Assembly: GCA_965153455.1 (NCBI GenBank)
Contig: OZ234493.1
Span: 15,428,213-15,492,212 of the forward strand
Direction: 5' to 3'
DNA: 64,000 nt
Source of the DNA: Sphagnum compactum
Taxonomy: Eukaryota
How positions within the stretch are numbered: position 1 is the stretch's first letter; the number at the start of each line of letters is the position of its first letter. Below are positions 39,470 through 50,410 of this stretch, in pieces. Both the position numbers and the translations under genes were made by a program. The notes below the pieces were generated by a model that had not been told where the DNA came from, did no database searches, and saw only the letters and a list, made by a program, of their open reading frames with translations.

Positions 39470-41047
39470 GCTTTTTCCAGATCATAGTGCTGTCGGGGCC
39501 TCCTATCAGTAGTTCTATTGGGAGCTGCTGTCACATTGATGGAGACTGCTGAGTTGTAACACCCAATAGAAAGCCAAGGACACTCTCACAGTTTCAAATT
39601 CAGGGTTCTGTACCAAGATGTAGTGATGATTGTGGCAGTGGCAGAAATGATGTCAGTAGTGACTGGTTGCTTCTGAAACACTCTTGGTTGGAACTATGTG
39701 CGGAAAGTCTCAGTCAGGGCAAGCAATGCAGGACTGCATTGCAACGTAGTTAAACCCAGAGTTTCAGATGAGGCTGGTTCAACACAAATGCCTTTTTTCA
39801 TTTAATTGATAAATTAGCATCATGGCTATTGTTGTGCACACACACAGGTCCCCTGTATTAGATTGTCTTTCAAAACATCCCACACATCTTGGCTATTCTC
39901 GTTCCTCACAGCCAAAGAAAAAACTGTCGATATTTCATTGTTGGCCCTATAGTTTGTAGATTCTTGAAGAGGTTGTCTCAAGGGGAAGAGCCTCAATTTG
40001 GAGAGCATGGCCTTACTCTTCCATATGGGTATAAAACTCTATATCCACCACTTCCTACTGGGCGGTCATATTTTTTCCAGGATTAAGATGACATCTTGTT
40101 CAACTTTAAGTCCTTCCCTGAACTGGCAGTTTATTGCTGAACTGGGGGTTTTATTGTCTGGGCTTCCCAAGTACTCAAAAGCTTGGGCCTTTGCAGAAAT
40201 TGCTATGTTCTCTTCATGCAAAATGGTAGTTCCATTTTGTTGAAAGTTGCATTATGAGTTGAAATGACAATGAAGTATATTTTTGAAGCAGCAATAGTCT
40301 CAGTGGAGTGGAGCTTGGTTTGCTTGCTCGGTGGAATGGACATGGGTTTTTGCTTGTTGGGAATGCGATTTGTGTGGGTAGTGGGGTTTTCAATTTTGGT
40401 ACCTAAATCCAACGGACTCTTGTTTCAAGGCAGGAATCACAGCTAGGTTTCAATATACTTATTGGTGGATGTTTGACATTGTGAATAGACTGTTGTTTTG
40501 GAAGCCCTTGCCACATTGATCACGTTATGAGCAGGTTTTTGATCCATAATTCTCTGACAGTAAATATAACTCAGAAACAGAAGGCCACAAGCTAGAGCAA
40601 GCTTGGAGTTTCAGCAAGGGGCTTCGAGTCTTAGGAATTGGTTGAACTTGATTGTGTTTCACCATTGATGATTGACTCCATGTTTGGAATGAATTGATGA
40701 AACGAGAGTTGTGCCTAATGTGGATGGTGAGTGTTCTGCCATAATTGCAGGGTTGAATGTTGATGTCCCTTGATTGCACTTGATGATGAAGTATTGGTAG
40801 ATATTCAAGATGCCTAATGTGGAGGATGGTGAGTATTCTCTCAGACCTTGATTACAGATGTGGTTTTATAATCTTCAGAACTATAGTGTAGTGCAGAAGT
40901 TATTGAATGTTGAGTAATTTCAGTCATTGGAATAAAAATCAAAAACTGGTTATCAAGCGAATTTATAAAAGTTTTAAATCTCTTTTAGAATATGTTTTCA
41001 ATGGCACCGGCCACACTAGTCTCATAGGTCTGGACATATGCACACAC

Positions 41048-41275
41048 CAGTGTTGGTCTGATATGTGGGCTGGCGCCTGGTATCGACTCTGGTATCAAGG
41101 AACGCACCAAGCTGCCTTGTACCAGCCTTGTATTGATTTTACTATAATTTCAATACTTGGTATATACCTAGTGTGTACACCTATAAAGGTTTAGGGATGG
41201 TATAAAAGCTTTTTTTGAAGAATCCAATACCAGGATCAGAGGTATGAAAATTTTAAACAGTGCCCAATACATGGA
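41048..41275. mobile_element. Possible hAT-type MITE (GGTATC/ATACC-rich); similar relic at ~8355-8640
   Basis: Starts CAGTGTTGG, has internal GGTATC/TACCAG repeats and a degenerate right end CCAATACATG. Confidence 0.35.
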
Positions 41276-42054
41276 CCCGGCTGATATGTTCCATAAGTGT
41301 CCCAAACACAAGATCAAAGTAGGTCTCCAGAACTTGAGAACTTCAAAAGATGATTTTGTTTAGGGGAAGGCACTGTTGTTACTTAGTGCCTTCCAGCTTG
41401 TAACAAGGGCAGAGCCAGAGGTAGAGGGTGGAAGGCACTAGCAAATGTGTAAGGGGCTCAAATATGTTTACTCAAATTTTCCTTGCACAATAAGAATGGC
41501 TCAGATTAGCTTCCGCAAACATCCCTTGTTTCCTTACAAGAAACACTTGTGCTCTAAGCTGATCAAGGTAATTTGCACCTTGTAAAGCACCCTAAAAATA
41601 CATTCCTCCTGTCTGCCAAGGTCATTATGTAGACATAAATCAGGAGCTTTCTCATGTCATTCATATTATGCCAACACAACCTACCAGCAAAAGAAGTACA
41701 CCTCTGTCTCTATATCCCCCTTGTAAATTTTCAGGACTGAAATGAAGACGCATTCCCGTCTCATATCAGTTGCAACGACATATCAGTTGCAAAGAAGAAC
41801 CAGGCATCGCAAACATGCTTGGCCTTGCCAATAGATAAGATGTTGTACATCTACCTACTGTGTCCACACTCTGAACACCAAAACAATCCATTCCAATCTA
41901 AACAGTCTAAACACTTTCACCAAAGAAACCAGTTCACCTGATGTGAAACTCGTTCTATTAAGGTTAAACTTCCAAAAGTTGGATCCAATGCGACATACAT
42001 AAAATGTCGACATACAGGGCCCAACAAACAATGTAGAGGAGAACCAAAACCAAC

Positions 42055-42129
42055 CTGCCCAGTTGCCACAATGATAGGGTCTTTCATGAGGTCGAAAGAG
42101 TTTAGGCATTTGAAACAATCTAGATTCAG
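42055..42129 (-). pseudogene. Orphan U-box (PUB E3 ligase) exon fragment
   Basis: Translates to LNLDCFKCLNSFDLMKDPIIVATGQ, followed directly by GTTGGT. It is a decayed P.DF.CPISLDLMKDPVIVATGQ with a donor at the GQ|TYER junction. The TYER exon was not found. Confidence 0.7.
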
Positions 42130-42132
42130 GAC

Positions 42133-42412
42133 CAATGATTTTGATTTTTGTGGTGAAATTTTTTGCAAAAATTCAACTTCAAAAATTCAAAAAGAAATTT
42201 TCTATTGAAAATTCCCCTTTTTTTAAAGAAGAAATTAGGTTTTTTTTTAAAAAAAGTATTGGATAATTCGCCACATTTTGACACAGTTTTTTAGTTTTGG
42301 GGCAACTTTTTTCTCCAGTTTTCTACAATTTGAACACTTTTTTACAAACATGTTGAAAATTAGTGCTAAATCTCCTTTGGGAAGATTACCAATGATGCTA
42401 GGAAAAACACTG
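42133..42412. mobile_element. AT-rich hAT-type MITE; related relics at ~44330-44545, ~55300-55565 (inverted) and ~58750-58970
   Basis: Ends CAATGATTTT...AAAAACACTG. Shared internal blocks (CACATTTTGACACAGTTTTTAGTTTTGGGGC; TAAATC.C.TTGGGA..ATTA.CCAATGA) recur at the listed sites. Confidence 0.5.
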
Positions 42413-44764
42413 ATCAAAGCATTCTACCAATCCCACCATACCATTTAAATTTCAATTAATTTTAAGACAAAACTATATTTAAAAAACCTATAATTTAGAT
42501 AGTGAAAAAAATCTCATACAAGACAACAACCTGATTAGGGGTTAACTAGTTTATTATTTCCTTATGGCATGTTAAGGTTTAGGGTTTAAGAGTTATTGTA
42601 GTGAAACACATAATTAGTTGTCAACCACATGTTTTCATTAAGAAAAATAAAGATTATTAATCAAAATAAATTATCGATGCCTAAATTTTACACATAATAC
42701 CTTCAAGTGACCATCGCATGTGTCATTATTTGAGCAATAGGTCCTTAATATGAACACAAAAATCAAGGTTCCTGACAATTCAGACAAGTTGGTTAGAGAA
42801 GCCAAAACTTGGTTGAAGTGGCATAGCATGTTTTAGTGCATGCATATTTTGATGTGGGCCATGCCACCCATGACATATGCCCCATGTCCTCATGAAGATT
42901 ATGCCATTCCACACCTTTTACATTCAAAATTATTAGTCTAATTTTCATTTTTTTTCAGGAAATTTTTCACTAATTGTTTTTTTTTAATTTGACTAATTTC
43001 GCTAAAAATATGAAAAAATTCACCAAACTTTCAAAACTGCAAAAAACAAAAACCTTGTGTGTAATATTATACAATAAAATACAAGCTCAATGTCACCTAA
43101 ATAAACATTTAAATCATGCTAACCATGTGGGCCACATTGGAATTTCATACTAGAAAATATTATAATTTGGTGCCATTCTTTGGGTATAACCCAAAAGAAA
43201 AATTTGAGAAAACCCCAAGTCCTATTCCATCAAGTTAGTTTTGTGTGGAAAAAAAATTATTTTTTAATATGACTACGCTATCATGTATACTTGAGAAGTA
43301 TTACATGCCAATGTAGCTAATGTATTATTGGTTGAAAGTCTTGATTTAGGTTCCAACTACAAAACTTGGATTTAAAACAAGGATCCAAATATTTGGCATT
43401 GATATAGCTTCAATTTTATTTTTCTTAAATGCAATAAAATGAATATTTCGTGTGTTTTCAAGGATTAATTCTCATTTATTGGCTTAAATTTGTAGTGTAT
43501 ATTGTTGTTATTTCATACCTTTTTAAACCAAAAGTGAAACAAATTTTGGTCTTTTGAGCATGGTAACATGGACTGCTTGGAATCACACCTTGCATAAAAA
43601 TGTTTCATTTTGTTAATCAGTTTTTTTTTTAAATCTTCCATTTTTTCTTACATGGTCATTTCATTGCATTCATGAATAGTTGTTGCCCAGTGAATTTGTG
43701 CCAAATTGGAGACATTGAAAGAAATTCACAAGGAACTTTTTTAAGGGTTTGTAATTTAGGTCATGCACTTGGACATTTTGATGTTTTAATTTTGGTGAAC
43801 TATAAATCCAAGGTGGCTTTAAAGATGAATGACTAGGTAGTTTGTCTCCATCTTCCTAAAGTATATGTGTACATTTGTTAGGTTTAAAATGCATTGTTTT
43901 TTTTTTAATGATGTAGGGATGTTAACTTCTTAATTTTGATGCCTAAAATGGAAATGACTTCATTATGAATTTGTATGAAGAATTCCATCACAAAAAATAT
44001 CCACATAAGAAATACAACGGATATGAAAAAGGTAGTCTAAAAAGGTTTTGCATGGATTCCAATGGCACAAGGTAAAAGTGGCAAAGCAAAATCGAATCGA
44101 AGTGGGATGTACCTTATGATGTGCTTTTACAATACAATGGACCCTTACATGGAATTAAAAGGGGTAATATTTTAAAACATCCAACATACCATGTTACACA
44201 AGATACTATGGTGAAATATTATGGATCATATTTTCAAGCTTCATAGAATCTCCAACATCTCATATGGGCCAACACCAATCCAACATTTTTTGGTGTGAGA
44301 AAAATAAAAATAAACAAGGAATATTTTGTCATGATAATTTTTTCCTGAATAAAATCATCAAATTTTGAGGGAAATTTTTCTTTTCTTAAACATCACATTT
44401 GGATTCAAATTTTTGTTTTAGTGGCATTTTTTTTAACTACTTTTTAAACTATCAAAATTTCTAAAACATGTCACCATTCAATGATAAATCCCTCTTGGGA
44501 TATTAGCCAATGACAAAACATTAGGAAATTGGAAAAACATCACTACACCCAACACACAATATACACCAATATATGGACTTTAATTGATCCTCCTTACAAT
44601 GACCAATTATCAAAATACCACATATGACAAGATGGAAGATACCTATTCGTATATTTTGTGAAAATCAAGACCACTTAAATAAAGGTCAATGATGAACCCA
44701 CCATGCATGAGGACATTTTTTTCTTTTTCTGGAAACTTTTTGAAGTGAATTGTCAATCATGTGC

Positions 44765-45925
44765 ATTTTTAATATTTCTTGCACCATTCAAAAAATCCCC
44801 AATCACTTGCAAGTGGCCAATGTCACACATACATGGAGAGAACTTTTAGTATTTCTTGCACCATTTACAAAATCCCCAATCGTTTGCAAGCAGCCAACAT
44901 GACACCATGTATGAAGAGAATTTTTAGTATTTTTTGCACCATTTCAAAATCCCCAATCACTTGCAAGTGGCCAATGTGTCACCATGTATGAATAGAATTT
45001 TTAATATTTCTTGCACCATTTACAAAATCTCAAATTATTTGCAAGGGGCCAACATCACATTATGTATGAAGAAAAGTTTTGGTATATCTTGCATGATTTA
45101 CATAATCCCCAATCACTTGCAAGTGGCCAATGTCACACCATGTATGAAAAGAATTTTTAGTATTTCTTGCACCATTTACAAAATCTCCATCACTTGCAAG
45201 CAACCAACATCACACCATGTATGAAGAATTTCTTTCATATTTCTTGCACCATTTACAAAATCCCAATCACTTGCAAGGGGCCAACATCACACCATGTATG
45301 AAAAGAAGTTTTGATATTTCTTGCACGATTTACATAATCCCCAATTGCTTGCAAGGGGCCAACGTCACACCATGTACGAAAAGATTTTTAATATTTCTTA
45401 CATGATATACATAATCCCCAATCACTTGCAAGGGGCCAATGTCACATCATGCATGAAGAAGAGTTTTTGGTACTTCTTCCACGATTTACATAATCCCCAA
45501 TTGCTTGCAAGGGGCTAACATCACACCATGTACGAAAAGATGAAAAGAGTTTTGGTACTTCTTCCACGATTTACATAATCCCCAATTGCTTGCAAGGGGC
45601 GAACATCACACCATGTACGAAAAGATGAAAAGAGGTTTGGTACTTCTTCCACGATTTACATAATCCCCAATTGCATGCAAGGGGCCAACATCACACCATG
45701 TACAAAAAGATGAAAATAATTTTTGGTACTTCTTCCACGATTTACATAATCCCCAATTGCTTGCAAGGGGCCAACGTCACACCATGTACGAAAAGAGTTT
45801 TTAATATTTATTGCACGATATACATAATCCCCAATCACTTGCAAGGGGCCAATGTCACATCATGCATAAAGGAGTTTTTGGTACTTCTTCCACAACTTAC
45901 ATAATTCCCAATCACTTGAATAGGG
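44765..45925 (+). repeat. Minisatellite array A: 15 units of ~78 bp (three expanded to ~86 bp)
   Basis: Consensus ATTTCTTGCACCATTTACAAAATCCCCAATCACTTGCAAGGGGCCAACATCACACCATGTATGAAGAGAATTTTTAGT. Cores at ~44797, 44874, 44951, 45029, 45107, 45185, 45262, 45339, 45415, 45495, 45580, 45665, 45751, 45829 and 45907. Confidence 0.95.
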
Positions 45926-46101
45926 TCTACAAGTCATGAACATTGAGTGGTATTGTCTTGAAACTTGTATTGTGAACATTAAACATTTCAATGTTCAACC
46001 CAAGGATTGTAGCCCCAAATTTCCATTCTCATGAGTAGACCTATTGGTTCTTCAAAGCATTTTAAAGAGCACAAAAACCATTGTGGAAAACTTTTAGAAA
46101 T

Positions 46102-48124
46102 ATGGCAAATTTTCTTATGAGCAATTGTTTGACATGGGCCAAGTTACTTATACCAATTAATAATGTAGTTGGAGTTGTAATAGTTGTTATCTTTGGAGTA
46201 TTATGCTTTTCTTATAAGCATTTTTTCCATCGCATGAAGTTGAAAAGAGCACCAAGTCCATTCCCCATTTGGCCAATTTTGGGAAGTCTTCCACTTCTTA
46301 GTAAATTCCCTTATATTTCCCTTTACAATTTGTCAAAAAAATATGGTGATGTGATGGAGTTGAGACTTGGAACAACTAACGTAGTGGTGATTTCATCCCC
46401 AAAGTTAGCAAAAGAGGTTTTACAAACACATGATCTAGTGTTTGCAACACGAGGCGAAAATGTTATTGCAACTATGTTTTCGTATGGTAAAAAGGATGTT
46501 GCATGGGCACCTTATGGGCATGATTGGCTGCAAATGCGAAAGTTGTGCACATTGGGACTTTTCACTCCCAAAAGGTTACACGCTTCCAAGAAAGTTCGAA
46601 ATGAAGAAATCTCATGCATGGTGCATGAAATTTTTGAGCATTGCAAGGTTTGTTTCATAATCTTTATTTGTCATTGCCTCTAAAGGGTATGTACATAATT
46701 TTTTGAAAGAAAACCTTTAGTGAAGTAATGAAGCAAACAACTAATTTTGGATTTGCTTATAATTATAATTAATAATCAAAATTTAGTCCATATATGCATA
46801 ATTTCTCATAATTGAATAACCATAACTAATTTCATTTGGAAATGTTTAATATTTTTGCAGGAAGGAAAGTCGGTAAACTTGAAGACCATGTTGACCAACA
46901 CCAGCTTGAATATGATGACACGCTTATTATTTAACAAAAAATATTTCAGCACAAAACAATTTTCCACTAAAGAATGTGAAGAGTTCAATCGTTTCCTAAC
47001 AGAAGAATTACATTTGCACAGTCTTTTCAACATTAGTGACTATGTTTCATTTTTGAAACCATTTGATCTTCAAGGCTTTCTTCCACGAGGGAAAAAAATT
47101 CATATGAAAATGGATAGATTTTTTGACAAAATACTCCACGATCATCAAATAGAACAAAAGGAAAATGTTGAATCAAAAGATTTTGTTGACATGTTACTTT
47201 CTTCTTCTCGAGTAGACAATTATAATTATACACTCGACAACAACACGATCAAGGGAATCATCAATGTAAGATTAATTTTACCTCATGTAGATTGCATTTG
47301 AATTTATTTTTTTTGGAAAGTTTATTCATCAAGGATTTTACTTGTCTTTTGTGGTGTAGAGCACAATAAATACATTAATATGGTTCAAATATGTGTGTGT
47401 GTGTGTATATATATATATATGAAAGTTTTACTTGTATTGAATGTGCCAATTTGTTGATGATGTTAATCTCACCAACTTTTCTTGTTTTGATTAGGATATG
47501 TTGATTGCAGGCACCGACACAACTAGTACCACTATAGAATGGGCACTTGCAGAGCTTGTAAAGAACCCAAATATCATGAAGAAAACTCAAGATGAATTGG
47601 ACCATGTGGTGGGACATGACCGTATAGTAGATGAAGATGACATACCTCAATTGAAATACCTTCAAGCTGTTGTGAAAGAAATTTTTCGCCTCCATGTTAC
47701 AATACCTTTGATAACTCGTGAATGCATGACAAACTGTAAAGTGGGAGGTTATGACATACTTGCAAAAACACCCATTATTGTTAACATATGGGCTATCCAT
47801 CGACATTCATCTGCTTATGATGATCCTTGGGATTTCAATCCTGAAAGGTTTGTTGGAAATGGGGTCGATGTGAAAGGTGTTGATTTTGAATTTTTGCCAT
47901 TTGGAAGTGGGCGAAGGGGATGCGTCGGTATGCCTTTGGGTTTGATGCAAGTTCAATATGGATTGGCTCGACTTCTTCATAGCTTCACATGGAAATTGCC
48001 GATAGGGGAAAATCCTCAAAACATGGATATGGGCGAGGTGTTTGGTGTCACTCTTCCAAAAGTCATTCCATTGGAAGCGATTCCCATTGCACGACTTCCC
48101 CTTCACATGTATGGACCTTTATAA
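46102..48124 (+). CDS. Cytochrome P450, A-type/CYP71 clan, copy A; exons 46102-46647, 46861-47265, 47495-48124; 526 aa
   Basis: Transmembrane anchor and proline hinge (WPILGSL), WAPYGHDW.QMRK, I-helix AGTDTT, EIFR (ExxR), FNPERF and heme motif PFGSGRRGCVG. Two phase-0 GT-AG introns; 546+405+630 nt open. Family number cannot be assigned by eye. Confidence 0.92.
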
Positions 48125-49371
48125 TTAGAGCTCATATATTTCAAGATATAAGTTCAAATTACATACCAAAAGGTGGAGGTAACGTAATATCTTTTTATAA
48201 TTAAGATATTGAAAATTAATTGTATTAAAGCACCACAAATTCATGTAAAAATAAAATTTTAAATTATCCTTATGTTTTCAATAGAAGCTAATTTTATGAA
48301 CTAAATATTTGCGCCTCGAGTGAAGTGTGACTACAAATGTAAACATTATTGTATGTTCAATATGAATAAGACACTTATCCATGTTGATTTCATTTGCATG
48401 TCCAAATACAAACAACCACATGTAATTTAATATTAATTTTGACTTGTATTTTTCATTTGAATGACATTATTTTATTCCTTATGATGTATCAATATTTTTG
48501 ATATGATGTAAGATTTCCTTTTAAGTTATTTATGTAGTGAATTTTCATTTCGTTTGGTTTACAACATTTGTATACATTAGAATACAAAAACCTCATATAA
48601 ATGTTTATTGTTTAATTTGTGGGTGCAACATGGCTAAGAGAAATGGGGCGCAAAACTTTGAATATTTCACAAATGTAGTGGTATTGGTAGGTGAGAGACT
48701 TAGTTAGACAAATGTCCTTCCCACTTGTGTTACTATTGTGTTCTTGTGGCTTTTGTTGAATTTTGGCTAGAAAGACAAGAATCTTGAAATAATAATTATG
48801 CATGGTTGACTAATAAGGGAGAGATGGTGATAACCATCTTATCCTATTGTCAAAGATAACCCAATTTTTAATTAACAATACAAAAGTATGTAATTTTTTC
48901 TCATGTAAAAGGTTGTGACTAATGACACATTTGAGGTAAACTTTGTGGTTTCATCCATTACAATGTATAATATGCGGTGTTCATTGTTGCATATATTTGG
49001 CATTAAGTATGGCATATATAATATTTTGAAAACCCTTGAAAATTCATGTTGTGGAAGACAATATTATATATTGACTATGAATTTCCAACTATTGGGGGGA
49101 ACCTTAAATTATGATTATTTTCATTTTTTAAGGAGAAGTTTGAGGACCTCAAGATGATAATGTCATTCATGTTATTCAAGGAGTATATAATCAATAGAAG
49201 AATATTTAGATAAATTTCAAAATTGAATGACAAAGAAACATAATGGATAGTGTGGACTAGAAACAATATGTCCTTGGACTCATTACCAACAAGACCTTGT
49301 AAAAGATGTCCCCAACGTATTTTAGCCACCAATGGATAGGTGTTGAATGGTAAGTCACAAGGATTGGTTTT

Positions 49372-50410
49372 TTAGAATGTGCACATTTTAAGGTGCACAT
49401 TTACGACACCCATGTTTTTGTGGTAATGATGTGACACATATGTGGTCTCTATGTGGCAATTGGAAATGGATTGGGAGTGTAATTTCCCACATTGGGATCT
49501 TTGTCCCTGCATGGGAATGCATGTTCCCATTTGGGGAACATTATGTATTGTTCCCACAATTGGAATGTGCATTTGAACATGGGAACATGTGTTCTTGTAT
49601 GAGAATGCATGTTGCTATGTTCCCAAAGCCTAGTAACATTGATGATTCCCATGGCACCTACATTGTAGTTGATAATGATTTGAGATTAGTCATTCCCACA
49701 TGGGAACTTGTGGCCTCTCATGGAAATGCACATTATCATTTGGGAAACATTGTGTGTTCCCACAATGGGAACACATGTCCCCTATTGGGAATACATAATT
49801 CCATGTCCCCTATGAACATTGAATTACCCCAAACAAGGAATCTATGTGGCAATTGGAAATGCATGGGGAATGTGAGTTCCTACATGGGAACCTTTCTCCA
49901 CCCATGGGAACATGTATTTCCATTTGGGGGACATTGTGTGTTTCTACAACTAGAATGTGCATTCCAACATGGGAACTAATTGTGTTCCCTCATGAGAATG
50001 CATGTTCCAAACATGGAATTTGGAAACATGGGAACATGGAATTTCCCCAAACATGGGAAGCATGTTCCCAAGCCTAATAACATATATTGAACGTTTCCAC
50101 ATATGTCATAGTTGATAACACATTGGGAATGTTCATTCCCACATTGAAATGTACATTCCCAAATGGGAACACCATGTGCCCTGATTAGACACATGTTCCC
50201 ATGTTGGGGGGACATTTGTGTGTTCCCAAGAGGGAACGCATGTTTCTATGTTGGAGGACCATTGTGTGTTCACACATGGGAATGCTTGTTTTCACATGGG
50301 AGCGATGAATGTTCCACTACCCATGAATAATGAATTTCCCCAAACATCAAAATCAAGAAGGGACTTTGCATTCCCTAAATTGGGTGTTGTGTATTTTCAC
50401 ATTCAACATT
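49372..50410. repeat. GGGAAC/GTTCCC-rich repeat element built from two diverged tandem units (~49447-49840 and ~49841-50350)
   Basis: TCTATGTGGCAATTGGAAATG starts both units. Shared CATGGGAA, GAGAATGCATGTT, TAGTTGATAA, CATTCCCACAT and GAATT.CCCCAAACA blocks occur in the same order. Probably a non-autonomous TE. Confidence 0.7.

Larger units (their letters stand above)
42854..48869 (+). repeat. Segmental duplication, copy A (upstream region + tandem array + P450 gene)
   Basis: Near-identical to 56919-63615 from GTGGGCCATGCCACCCATGACA to CAAAGATAACCCAATTTTT. Confidence 0.95.

Noticed and set aside
39700..40900. Possible gene downstream of PSAT1
   Set aside because: Gene-like base composition, but no frame translates to anything recognisable. 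Likely 3'UTR or decayed sequence.
44765..45925. CRISPR-like regular repeat array (also 59188-60680)
   Set aside because: The sequence between cores is itself repeated, so there are no unique spacers. No cas genes, and the context is eukaryotic. It is a minisatellite.
49431..49979. 182-aa ORF
   Set aside because: Lies within the GGGAAC repeat element; repetitive translation and non-ATG start.
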